Notes: a model not told the origin generated them from the letters alone. A stretch of 38,013 bases of DNA from Clostridia bacterium (GCA_017532045.1 JAFXJW010000026.1:1-38013); one strand, 5' to 3'. Positions 1-8,527 are shown, numbered from the stretch's first letter. Program-made: numbers and translations.

Positions 1-69
1 ACGGCTATAGATACTTACTATTTCAATAGTGGTAGGGCGACTACCGCAAGTTGCGGATTTTTCGACGAG

Positions 70-140
70 CCTATAGGCTCAGCGTGTGAAATGCCCCAAG
101 GGGGCTATCGCAAGCCACCAGCACGGCTGGTGGTCATGAC
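70..140 (+). mobile_element. IS200/IS605-family right-end remnant (subterminal hairpin)
   Basis: GCCTATAGGC palindrome, then CAAGCCACCAGC-acg-GCTGGTGGTCATGAC, the hairpin plus ...GGTGGTcATGAC ending typical of Firmicute IS200-type right ends; any transposase would lie left of the window. Confidence 0.5.
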
Positions 141-185
141 TTGCGGATTTTTTTGAAAAATGTTGTTTTTTCACAATGAAAAGTA

Positions 186-214
186 TTGATTTTTGAAAAA
201 AAGAGTGATATAAT
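186..214 (+). promoter_or_regulatory. sigma-A-type promoter of the lipoprotein gene
   Basis: TTGATT-17bp-TATAAT with extended -10 TG. Confidence 0.7.
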
Positions 215-289
215 TCCATTACCTATTTTTTATATGCGTGTATGTATATGCATGACAGGCAAGAAAAAAATAAAAAATGGAGGCAAATC

Positions 290-2659
290 ATGAACAAATC
301 CACATTTCGTAAGCTTGTTGTGGTCCTCTGCGTTGCCATCAGCATTTTGCTGGTCGTATGCGCTTGCGGCGACGGAAACGTAGAGCCCGAGACCACCGCT
401 CCCGAAACCACGGCACAGCCCGTGGAAACCACCGCTGCGCCCGAGACCACGGCCGCAGAAGAGACCACTGCGGAGGATACCACCGCTTCTACCAAGATCA
501 CCTATACGGTGAAGGTAGTAGACGAGAACGGTAAATCTCTTGAAGGCACATCCGTTCAGCTTTGTGTTGGCGATGCTTGCCAGCTCCCCGTAACCACCAA
601 CGCGCAGGGCGTTGCAACGATCGAGCTTGACAAGGCCGACTACACCGTTAAGGTTACCCTTGATGGCTACACCGGCGAGGCCAGTTACACCTTCCCCACA
701 GGCTCCACCATGCTTACCGTTGAGCTGACCAATAATAATCCCGAGACCACTGCGGCTCCCGAGACCACTGCGGCTCCCGAGACGACTGCTGCTGAAATTG
801 AGACCATCGATCCCAATGCTGAGACCGAGCTCGTCGAGGAAGAGATCGTTCTGGTTGAGTATGTGGGCTTCGGTGATGCCGACAACGGTTGGCTCTTCTG
901 GGGCAACGGCTCCCAGACCTTCGGTCAGAAGATCAACATTGGCAACAGCTTCCTGAAGTCCATCTTTGTTGAGTACATCGGCACCTACGGTGCTACCGAG
1001 AACACCTACACCGTCAGCTTCTGGCAGTGGAACACCGACTATGCCACTACTGTTGCAGGCGAGGCTGTCTACGTATACGAGGGTGCTAACCATCCGGACG
1101 GCGGCAACCTCTACGTTGAGATTCCCGCTGATAAGGCGCTCCTCGGTGAGATCTACTACGAGGTCAAGGTTCTGACCAACAGCGCTCCCACCGGCCAGAC
1201 CGATTTTATGCCCTTTATCGGTGAGGATGTTGTTGAGGGCGTCGTGTCCTTCCAGGACGGCGTGGCTGCTGTTAACAACTACAACTGCAAGGTAGTTGTT
1301 GACAAGATCGTTGTCGTCGAGCCCGAGACCACCGTTGAGCCCGAGACCACCGTCGAGCCCGAGACTACCGTCGAGCCCGAGACCACCGTTGAGCCCGAGA
1401 CCGATCCCGTACTCGGCAGCGAGCAGAACCCCATTTTTCCCGAGTTCACTTGGAATGACGAGCAGACCGAGGCTACCGTGACCGTTATCGCTCCCGTAGG
1501 TACTACCTACTACGCCGTATACGGTGGCGCCGGCATGGCTCTCACCATCAACGACGGTGAGCCCACCATTCTCGTTGCCAACGGCATGGGCCGTGCTCCC
1601 GCTATCTTCTCCATCACCAACGAGGGTGAGGCTGAGGCTGAGTACATCCTGAAGCTCACCTGCCCCGTAGGTAGCATGATGAATCCCGAGGTTATCGAGG
1701 ATATGTCCCGGTACTGCGGCGAGGTCAGCCAGGCTGCCGGCAATACCCAGGGTTACTACTACACCTACACCGCCACGGCCGAAGGCACCATTACTGCGTA
1801 CTTCGGAAATGAGGGCTTCCCCGAGGGCTACGAATGTGATATCATTCTGTACAACCTCACCACCTACGAGCAGAAGACCCTGCTGGCAGACGGTGTTGAC
1901 AACTACGGTCTGGAGGTGTCCATAAACGTTCAGGCCGGCGATGTGCTTCAGATCAATGTTGTCGCCATTCAGGATGCGGACGGTAACTACAATCCCGCAG
2001 CCGATATGACCTGGTGCGGTAATTTTGCCACCCCCTCCGGCACCGCAAACAACCCCATCTATCTCGAGTGGGAGTGGGATGACGACTATGTAAACGCAAC
2101 CGTTTCGGTCACCGTCGCGGCCGGCGAGACTGTTTACTTCTCCGGCACCGCCGGTATGATCCTGACCGTTGACGGCGTTGAGGCCGAGATGGATGCAGAC
2201 GGTATCTTCTTTATCACCAACGACGGTGAGGAGGAAGCAACCTACGAGCTTGCTCTGGCAACGCCCGTGGGCGCTGGCAGCAATCCCGAGATCATCGAGG
2301 GGCTCCCCTTCACCGACGAGAAGTCCCTGGATGAGGACGGTGAGTATTACTACATCTGGACCGCAACCGAGGATGCTACCGTTGTTCTGACTATTACTGA
2401 GGGGGCCAACATTACCGTTGACAAACTTACCTACGAGGAAGATAGCGAGTGGCCTATCACCGAGCAGGTTGCTCTGGCCGAGCCCGATATAGACGAGAAC
2501 TGGAACTACGTTGGCTGGATCGTTGAGGACGAGCTCGTTATTGAGGTCGCTGCCGGTCAGCAGCTGAAGATCCAGGTCAATGCCCTTACGGATTGGGAAA
2601 CTTGGTCTACTCCCGCTATCGACTATACCTTGACCATTGCCGAGGTTGTCGCTGAGTAA
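290..2659 (+). CDS. Large acidic surface lipoprotein with PETT linkers, an N-terminal carboxypeptidase-regulatory-like beta domain (C-x4-C) and a duplicated C-terminal module
   Basis: GGAGG RBS before ATG 290; basic N-terminus, hydrophobic stretch and lipobox-like VVCAC; (P/V)EPETT-type repeats; GSEQNPIF..PVGSMMNPEVIE repeated as GTANNPIY..PVGAGSNPEIIE; strong codon bias. Confidence 0.85.
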   Translation: MNKSTFRKLVVVLCVAISILLVVCACGDGNVEPETTAPETTAQPVETTAAPETTAAEETTAEDTTASTKITYTVKVVDENGKSLEGTSVQLCVGDACQLPVTTNAQGVATIELDKADYTVKVTLDGYTGEASYTFPTGSTMLTVELTNNNPETTAAPETTAAPETTAAEIETIDPNAETELVEEEIVLVEYVGFGDADNGWLFWGNGSQTFGQKINIGNSFLKSIFVEYIGTYGATENTYTVSFWQWNTDYATTVAGEAVYVYEGANHPDGGNLYVEIPADKALLGEIYYEVKVLTNSAPTGQTDFMPFIGEDVVEGVVSFQDGVAAVNNYNCKVVVDKIVVVEPETTVEPETTVEPETTVEPETTVEPETDPVLGSEQNPIFPEFTWNDEQTEATVTVIAPVGTTYYAVYGGAGMALTINDGEPTILVANGMGRAPAIFSITNEGEAEAEYILKLTCPVGSMMNPEVIEDMSRYCGEVSQAAGNTQGYYYTYTATAEGTITAYFGNEGFPEGYECDIILYNLTTYEQKTLLADGVDNYGLEVSINVQAGDVLQINVVAIQDADGNYNPAADMTWCGNFATPSGTANNPIYLEWEWDDDYVNATVSVTVAAGETVYFSGTAGMILTVDGVEAEMDADGIFFITNDGEEEATYELALATPVGAGSNPEIIEGLPFTDEKSLDEDGEYYYIWTATEDATVVLTITEGANITVDKLTYEEDSEWPITEQVALAEPDIDENWNYVGWIVEDELVIEVAAGQQLKIQVNALTDWETWSTPAIDYTLTIAEVVAE
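740..793 (+). repeat. 18-bp coding tandem repeat x3 (PETTAA)
   Basis: cccgagaccactgcggct twice plus a degenerate third copy. Confidence 0.9.
1316..1402 (+). repeat. 18-bp coding tandem repeat x4.8 (VEPETT)
   Basis: gtYgagcccgagacYacc repeated in tandem. Confidence 0.9.
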
Positions 2660-2675
2660 TCCTGCGTAACCCACC

Positions 2676-2715
2676 AAAAATACCCCCGACGGACGAATCC
2701 GTCGGGGGTATTTTT
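2676..2715. terminator. Rho-independent terminator (bidirectional form)
   Basis: aaaaatacccccgacgga-cgaa-tccgtcgggggtattttt perfect stem. Confidence 0.9.
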
Positions 2716-2826
2716 GCCCTTGGATATGCAAAAAAATATAAAATTGGATAATCCCTCTTAATTTTATTCGGATTTTCTATTATAATATAGAACAGTATGG
2801 CTACAAAATCTGAAAGGAAGATACGC

Positions 2827-3606
2827 ATGTCCAAAAAAACAGCTAACCGCATCCGGCGAATATACGGCGTAGCGCTCTCGCTTGCGCTGATCGTGACCGG
2901 TATTCTGCTCATGATATCCTGCGTGAATATATATAAGAGCGGCCCACGCCCCTTCACACCCGAGAGCATTTCCGCCGCCTTTTCCAAAATTGCGGTGTTC
3001 GTGTGGGTGACCTGCGGCGCTTTGGCCGTGGGAATCATTCTGGCTCTCGTCTGCCCCGCCGAGCAGGGAAAGCCCCGTGTTATCAAGCATAAGAAAATCA
3101 CTCTGACCCGCCTGCAGAGCCGCCTCGATACCCGCCTCTGCGACGCCGATAGGCTGGCTCTGATCCGCAAGGAGGAGAAGCTGCGTATCTTCCTGCGCAT
3201 TGTCGCGACTCTTTCCTGCGTGGCGGTAGCTGCTCCCGCGGTGGTGTATGCCCTTAATTTTGATCACTTCAGCCTGGATTACGATGCCAGCGTGATTGCC
3301 GCTTGCCTGTGGCTCATTCCCGCCACCCTGATTTGTATGGGTATTTGTTTAGCCCTCGTGTATCTGGAGGAGGCCAGTCTGGATCGCCAGATCGGACACG
3401 TCAAGTCGGCGCTTGCTGAGGTCGGCGCTTCGACTCCCCATGACGAGCCTGCCAAGCCCTCTCGCTCCAAGCTGATTTGGGGCATTCGAGTGGCTGTCGC
3501 CGTCGTTGCGGTTGCCTTCGTCGTCTTGGGTGTGCGCAACGGCGGTATGGCGGACGTTCTCTCGAAGGCCATCAACATCTGCACCGAGTGCATCGGTCTT
3601 GGTTAA
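2827..3606 (+). CDS. Multi-pass membrane protein ending in a CD1871A-family CXXC motif
   Basis: AAGGAAG RBS; about 5 hydrophobic segments; C-terminus GGMADVLSKAINICTECIGLG; directly precedes a 4Fe-4S membrane protein, the usual context of this motif. Confidence 0.8.
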   Translation: MSKKTANRIRRIYGVALSLALIVTGILLMISCVNIYKSGPRPFTPESISAAFSKIAVFVWVTCGALAVGIILALVCPAEQGKPRVIKHKKITLTRLQSRLDTRLCDADRLALIRKEEKLRIFLRIVATLSCVAVAAPAVVYALNFDHFSLDYDASVIAACLWLIPATLICMGICLALVYLEEASLDRQIGHVKSALAEVGASTPHDEPAKPSRSKLIWGIRVAVAVVAVAFVVLGVRNGGMADVLSKAINICTECIGLG

Positions 3607-3617
3607 GGGGGCAGGGT

Positions 3618-5207
3618 ATGAAAAAAATTCTTGGCTGGTTCAAGGCCCACAGACCTACGAAAAGGCGGCTGATCCAGGTGTACGCCGCCCTGCTCTTCAA
3701 CGCCAACCTGAAAGGCTATATCACGGGCGACATCTACAAGGGGCCCTTGAAGAACGCCTGTACCCCCGGCCTCAATTGCTACTCCTGCCCCGGCGCATCG
3801 GGGGCTTGCCCTCTCGGTGCGCTTCAGAACGCCCTCTCCTCCAGCGGCAAAACCGCACCCTACTACGTCTTTGGCATCATCATGCTGTACGGACTCATGT
3901 TCGGACGCTGGATCTGCGGATTCCTCTGCCCCTTTGGGTTGATTCAGGAGCTTTTCCATAAGATCCCCACGCCCAAGCTCCAAAAGGGAAGGATCACCCG
4001 CATTCTCTCCTGCTTCAAATACGTTATTCTGGTATTTTTCGTCATCATTCTTCCGCTGGCGTATGCCTGCCGAAATTTCCCTCTTCCCGGCTTCTGTAAG
4101 TACATATGCCCCGCAGGAACCCTGGAGGGGGCTATGGGATTGCTCTCCAACAGCGTAAACGAAAGCTACCTCCGCATGCTGGGCCCCCTGTTCACGTGGA
4201 AGTTCCTCCTTATGGTTTCCATCCTCGTGGCCTGCGTGTTTATCTTCCGCTTCTTCTGCCGCTTCCTCTGCCCTCTGGGTGCTCTGTATGGACTCTTCAA
4301 TAGGATCTCCCTCGTGGGTGTCAAGCTTGACCGGGCGGGTTGTACGGATTGCGGACTCTGTGTAGGTACATGCAAAATGGATATCAAGCGCGTGGGTGAT
4401 GCCGAGTGCATCAACTGCGGCGAGTGCATTGGCGTCTGTCCCACTAAGGCCATTAGCTGGAAGGGATCGAAGCTATTCCTGGCTCCCAATGCCATCGACG
4501 GCGAGAGTGAGGGGGCAGACACCCACCGAGAGAATGTCCAAAAGGCCAAGAAACGCCACACCGCTGTCAAGGTGACGGTGGGAGTGCTCATGGCGGCTCT
4601 CCTCGGCGCGGCGCTGATCTACTACAATTTCATCGACGGACGGGAGGACGAGCCTATCCTGCTTCCCCCCGAAACCACCGAAGCCACCGAAGCTACCACC
4701 TCCGCCGACGACCCCGAAACCCAGCCGGATCAGCCCGAGAAGCCCCCCGTGGGAACGGCGGTGGGCAACACCTGCCCCGCCATCGTCCTTGACCTGATCG
4801 GCAGTGACGCCAGGTTCAGCGTGGAGGAAAATGCGGTGGCAGGGAAGGTCACGGTGCTGAATTTCTGGTTCACCACCTGCGGCCCTTGTCTGCACGAGCT
4901 GCCTTATTTCTATCAGGTAGCCGGGGATTACGCCGAACAGGTGTCTGTGGTGGCGGTACATATCGAGCAGCGGAACGTGGACGTAGCCGACTTTATTCAG
5001 AATGATTCGGGACACCCCGAATGGGGCGACGGAACCATGCTCATCGGCTGGGACACCTCTTCCTATTGTTTGAAGCTGTTCAACATCCAGGCCTGTCCCG
5101 TTACCGTGGTGATCAATGCAGACGGCGTGATCACCGATTACTTCGTCGGTGGACTCATGCAAGACGAGCTTGTCGCCGCCGTGGAAAAGGCCTTGGGGGA
5201 TGAGTAA
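3618..5207 (+). CDS. NapH/MauN-like membrane 4Fe-4S binding protein fused to a C-terminal TlpA-like thioredoxin domain
   Basis: NCYSCP..CPLG, CGFLCPFG, CKYICP, CRFLCPLG motifs; CTDCGLCVGTC and CINCGECIGVCP ferredoxin motifs; TM helix, T/E/P linker, then VLNFWFTTCGPCLHELP and PVTVVIN. Confidence 0.88.
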   Translation: MKKILGWFKAHRPTKRRLIQVYAALLFNANLKGYITGDIYKGPLKNACTPGLNCYSCPGASGACPLGALQNALSSSGKTAPYYVFGIIMLYGLMFGRWICGFLCPFGLIQELFHKIPTPKLQKGRITRILSCFKYVILVFFVIILPLAYACRNFPLPGFCKYICPAGTLEGAMGLLSNSVNESYLRMLGPLFTWKFLLMVSILVACVFIFRFFCRFLCPLGALYGLFNRISLVGVKLDRAGCTDCGLCVGTCKMDIKRVGDAECINCGECIGVCPTKAISWKGSKLFLAPNAIDGESEGADTHRENVQKAKKRHTAVKVTVGVLMAALLGAALIYYNFIDGREDEPILLPPETTEATEATTSADDPETQPDQPEKPPVGTAVGNTCPAIVLDLIGSDARFSVEENAVAGKVTVLNFWFTTCGPCLHELPYFYQVAGDYAEQVSVVAVHIEQRNVDVADFIQNDSGHPEWGDGTMLIGWDTSSYCLKLFNIQACPVTVVINADGVITDYFVGGLMQDELVAAVEKALGDE

Positions 5208-5234
5208 CGTCCCGCTCCCTCCAAAACAAAAAAG

Positions 5235-5272
5235 AATACGCCCCGTCTCGGACAACCGAGATGGGGCGTGTT
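5235..5272 (+). terminator. Hairpin after the 4Fe-4S/TlpA gene
   Basis: aatacgccccgtctcgg-acaa-ccgagatggggcgtgtt; G-U pairs favour the + strand; weak U tract. Confidence 0.65.
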
Positions 5273-5305
5273 GCAGAATCGGGAAGGGTACGTGCCAAGA
5301 CCGAG

Positions 5306-5360
5306 AAAAAAAGAAATGACCCTTGCCTACGTTTCTCAAGCGCAGACAAGGGTCATTTCT
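5306..5360 (-). terminator. Minus-strand Rho-independent terminator
   Basis: minus RNA AGAAAUGACCCUUGUCUGCG...CGUAGGCAAGGGUCAUUUCUUUUUUU; two wobble pairs form only on the minus strand. Confidence 0.8.
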
Positions 5361-5685
5361 GGTCGTTCTTAGTATCTAACATCCTTTGTATATCCTCCTA
5401 TTCTACGGTCTACCTTCTACTCATTCTCCCATGAATCCGTGAAATCCAATTCTTCATTACTTCTCTAACCGAGAAACGGTTTTTTCATGCGCTTTTCGTG
5501 GGGCTTTGTAAAAGGCGAGTGTCAAGTGACCTTGATCATGTAGACAACACATTGGCTTTCATCGCTCGGATCTGATTCTATATTTTGTCGTCTGTTGTCT
5601 TGTTCAGATCCCGTTGTGTTCTGCTGGTCTTTTCCAATCAAGGCCGTCAGCTTACTTTGCCATTGGACTGTACCTCCTCTGTTGT
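5306..5685 (-). ncRNA. Candidate ~380-nt small RNA or mini-ORF transcript
   Basis: Bounded by a near-consensus promoter and a strand-specific terminator, with no ORF over about 40 codons; strong RBS AGAGGAGG leads only to ATG GCA AAG TAA (5663-5652). Confidence 0.5.
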
Positions 5686-5691
5686 GATTAC

Positions 5692-5720
5692 AGTATAGCA
5701 TATTTTTGAGGGAATTGCAA
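5692..5720 (-). promoter_or_regulatory. sigma-A-type promoter (leftward)
   Basis: minus strand TTGCAA-17bp-TATACT with extended -10 TG. Confidence 0.75.
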
Positions 5721-5793
5721 TATTCAAAATATACGAAATTAACAAAATATTTTTGTTCATAAAATAGAAAAACAATAAAATGCCGAAAACCTC

Positions 5794-5822
5794 TTGCAAT
5801 TTGTTTTTAGATGTGTTATAAT
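5794..5822 (+). promoter_or_regulatory. sigma-A-type promoter (rightward, divergent from previous)
   Basis: TTGCAA-17bp-TATAAT with extended -10 TG. Confidence 0.75.
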
Positions 5823-5940
5823 AATATTTGTGGTTGTGTCTCTTGTGAGCTCCTGCCTGCTACCGCCCACTGATCCTGTCCCCGCCCCATTCGCGGAGGG
5901 AGGGCCCATCGGCGTTCTCTTCTGTCAAACTATATAGGAT

Positions 5941-5998
5941 ACTCGCCTCAAGTTGATGAATATTCGTCGATTTATTCATTGACTTTGGGGCGGGTTTC
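5941..5998 (+). terminator. Long G-U-rich hairpin, terminator/attenuator-like
   Basis: actcgcctcaagttgatgaata pairs with tattcattgactttggggcgggt using several G-U pairs, followed by a short T run. Confidence 0.55.
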
Positions 5999-6007
5999 TG
6001 CTATAAT
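5979..6007 (+). promoter_or_regulatory. sigma-A-type promoter of the antiporter gene
   Basis: TTGACT-17bp-TATAAT with extended -10 TG. Confidence 0.75.
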
Positions 6008-6105
6008 GCTCCCTGTTCGCATATGTTATACGGAGCGTAAATGCCTCCGTCCATACCCGTTTATTCTACCGTTACGACGCCCGATATGAGCGGGCAAGGA
6101 GTATT

Positions 6106-7455
6106 ATGAATATGAATACCATTCAGACTCTTCTCAGCATTGCCGTCTGCCTGTTTGCGGGACTCATGATGACCCGTGTTCTCAAGCGGCTTCACCTCCC
6201 CGACGTGACCGCGTACCTCATTGCCGGTGTGGTCATCGGTACATATTGCATTGGTCGTTTTGTCGTTGGAGGCTTCAGCTTTGGCTTCAACAATGAGGTC
6301 TCCCCCGTCGGCAGCTTCACCATCATCTCGGACATCGCCCTGGGCTTCATCGCCTTTGATATCGGTAACGAGTTCCGTGTGAAGGATCTGAGGCACACGG
6401 GAAAGCAGGCTACCGTCATCGGCATCGTTCAGGCCGTGACCGCTACTCTGGTGGTGGATGCCGTCCTGGTGGGCGTGCACTTCCTGCTCATCGCTTTGAC
6501 GGGCGTGGACTATCTCCCCCTGCCCGCCTGCATCCTGCTGGGCGCTATCGCATCGGCGACTGCCCCCGCCGCTACCCTCATGGTGGTGCGCCAGTACAAG
6601 GCCAAGGGCCCTCTGACCGATCTCCTGCTCCCCATCGTCGCTCTGGACGATGCCGTGGGACTGATCCTCTTTGCCGTGTCCATGGGTGTGGCCAAGGCGC
6701 TTCACGGCGGCGAGCTGAGCGTGGTCTCGGTGCTGGTTGAGCCCATGCTGGAGATTCTGCTGTCCCTTCTTTTGGGCGCTGTGCTGGGCTTCTTTTTGTC
6801 CTTTGTGGAGCGGGCCTTCCACTCCAACTCCAACCGCCTCGCCCTTATGATCACCTTTGTGTTTCTGACGGTGGCGCTGGCCATGCTGCATTTCGAGATC
6901 AACGGCGTACACATCGGCTTTTCCTCCCTGCTCACCTGTATGATGCTGGGCACCGTATTCTGCAACGTCTGTAAGACCTCCGAGGAAATGATGCAGAGAA
7001 CCGAGAAGTGGACCAAGCCTCTGTTCGTTTTGTTCTTCGTGATCAGCGGCGCAAGTCTGGATCTGACCGTCTTTAAAGAGCCCGTATTCATCCTGATCGG
7101 TGTGATCTACATCCTGTTCCGCTCCGTGGGTAAGATCGTAGGCTCCTTCAGCAGCGCCAAGCTCATGAGGTGCGACGAGAATACCGTGAGGTATTTGGGT
7201 GTCACCCTCCTGCCTCAGGCGGGCGTCGCCTTGGGCATGGTTTCTACCGTAGGCGCTGACAGCGTGTTCGGCGGCAGTACCATTGGCAGTACCGTGCGTT
7301 TTGTCGTCCTCTTCGGCGTTCTGATCTACGAGATCCTTGGCCCTATGATGACCAAGTGGGCGCTGACCAAGGCCGGGGACATCACCGAGAAGCCCCAAGG
7401 CATTTCTGCCCGTGTCATTGACCCCCATCATCTGGAGAAGGAAGGCAATTCCTGA
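6106..7455 (+). CDS. Cation:proton antiporter (Na+/K+:H+ exchanger family)
   Basis: AAGGAG RBS; about 12-13 TM segments; LGAIASATAPAATL, VALDDAVG, FFVISGASL and LLPQAGVALG motifs. Confidence 0.9.
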   Translation: MNMNTIQTLLSIAVCLFAGLMMTRVLKRLHLPDVTAYLIAGVVIGTYCIGRFVVGGFSFGFNNEVSPVGSFTIISDIALGFIAFDIGNEFRVKDLRHTGKQATVIGIVQAVTATLVVDAVLVGVHFLLIALTGVDYLPLPACILLGAIASATAPAATLMVVRQYKAKGPLTDLLLPIVALDDAVGLILFAVSMGVAKALHGGELSVVSVLVEPMLEILLSLLLGAVLGFFLSFVERAFHSNSNRLALMITFVFLTVALAMLHFEINGVHIGFSSLLTCMMLGTVFCNVCKTSEEMMQRTEKWTKPLFVLFFVISGASLDLTVFKEPVFILIGVIYILFRSVGKIVGSFSSAKLMRCDENTVRYLGVTLLPQAGVALGMVSTVGADSVFGGSTIGSTVRFVVLFGVLIYEILGPMMTKWALTKAGDITEKPQGISARVIDPHHLEKEGNS

Positions 7456-7470
7456 TTCCGTTCTATAACC

Positions 7471-7501
7471 AAAGGGCTATCCCGTGGGGATAGCCCTTTT
7501 C
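7471..7501. terminator. Bidirectional terminator between convergent genes
   Basis: aaagggctatccc-gtg-gggatagccctttt. Confidence 0.85.
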
Positions 7502-7521
7502 TGTATTGGTATAGGGGAGTG

Positions 7522-8469
7522 TCACTCCAAAAGGATCTTGTCCCACAGCATTCTGCGCCCTGCCAGCGCCGCACCACGCTCGGCCATGGTCAGGCCACCC
7601 TCTGCATGGCTGATCAGAATATCCACCCCATCGGGGAGAAGGGGCGTGTAAAACGAGCCGTCGGGCAGAATGCTCCGCGCATCCTCCACGTAGATGAGAT
7701 CGGGGCACAGAAAACGGCATAAGTCGGTGAGGAATACCGCCGTACTGCGGCGGATTCCCTCGGCGGAGGATTCTGTCGAGCGGAGGGTGCGGAGCAGAGT
7801 GTGGGTCAGACTGTCTCCGAGGGAGGAGGGATGCCATAGCCCCTCCCCGTCCTTGAGGAGCAGACAGGCGTGCGTCCCCTCTCCAATCGATGCAAAGAGC
7901 AGGGACGCGGCCGCCCGGGGCAGCTTTCTGCTCTTGACCGCCCAAGCCACCGCCTCTCCTTGTCCCGTGACGGCCAAAGGGGATTTGCCAAGGGCGTGGG
8001 TGAATACGTCCCGTAAAATCTTAGAGGGAAGCGTCCCGTCTGTCAAAAGAACAGGAGCGGTCACAGCCCCCTCGCCACACCCTCGCAGAAGGGTCAGGAG
8101 GCGGCGGGCAAGGAGTCGGGCCGATTCCTCGGGTGGGGAGGCGGGGTACAGCTCCACCGTGGCCGAGGCCATGGGGGAAAGCTCCATGTCCAGTACACGG
8201 ACGGCGCCGTATTCACGGGTTACCGTCAGGACGGGGAGCAGGAGGTTTTTGGCAGGGGAAAGAACACGGCAAGGACGGCCGCTGTCGGGGGATATACCCG
8301 TCTCGGAGCGGAGAATACCGTGGGACAGACAGGCGGAGATGGCACGGGTAACCGTAGACTGTCCCAAGCCAGTGGCCTCGGCCAGCGCCTTGCCGGTGGT
8401 GGGGAGGGATGCCTCCAGCGCATCCAGAATGCGGGTGAGGGCGGCGGGGGATATAGAAGGGTACGGCAT
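7522..8469 (-). CDS. Winged-helix protein with degenerate ROK-like architecture
   Basis: GGGAGG RBS before ATG 8469; TGKALAEATGLGQSTVTRAISACL..G..SGRP N-terminal wHTH; later ASIGEG and FLCPDLIYV segments resemble the ROK fold. Confidence 0.65.
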   Translation of the reverse strand: MPYPSISPAALTRILDALEASLPTTGKALAEATGLGQSTVTRAISACLSHGILRSETGISPDSGRPCRVLSPAKNLLLPVLTVTREYGAVRVLDMELSPMASATVELYPASPPEESARLLARRLLTLLRGCGEGAVTAPVLLTDGTLPSKILRDVFTHALGKSPLAVTGQGEAVAWAVKSRKLPRAAASLLFASIGEGTHACLLLKDGEGLWHPSSLGDSLTHTLLRTLRSTESSAEGIRRSTAVFLTDLCRFLCPDLIYVEDARSILPDGSFYTPLLPDGVDILISHAEGGLTMAERGAALAGRRMLWDKILLE

Positions 8470-8492
8470 AGTGACCTCCCGATGAAAAAGTA

Positions 8493-8521
8493 TTGACAAG
8501 ATAAGGGAAACGTGGTATAAT
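8493..8521 (+). promoter_or_regulatory. rnpB promoter
   Basis: TTGACA-17bp-TATAAT, perfect consensus with extended -10, 6 nt before the RNA. Confidence 0.9.
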
Positions 8522-8527
8522 AGGCGG

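Noticed and set aside
230-2731. 833-aa minus-strand ORF
   Set aside because: Antisense shadow of the lipoprotein gene caused by its strong codon bias; no RBS or recognisable motifs
5828-6105. Assignment to a known RNA (SRP, 6S, c-di-AMP, Na+ or Li+ riboswitch)
   Set aside because: No diagnostic consensus recognised by eye; left as an unassigned candidate pending an Rfam scan
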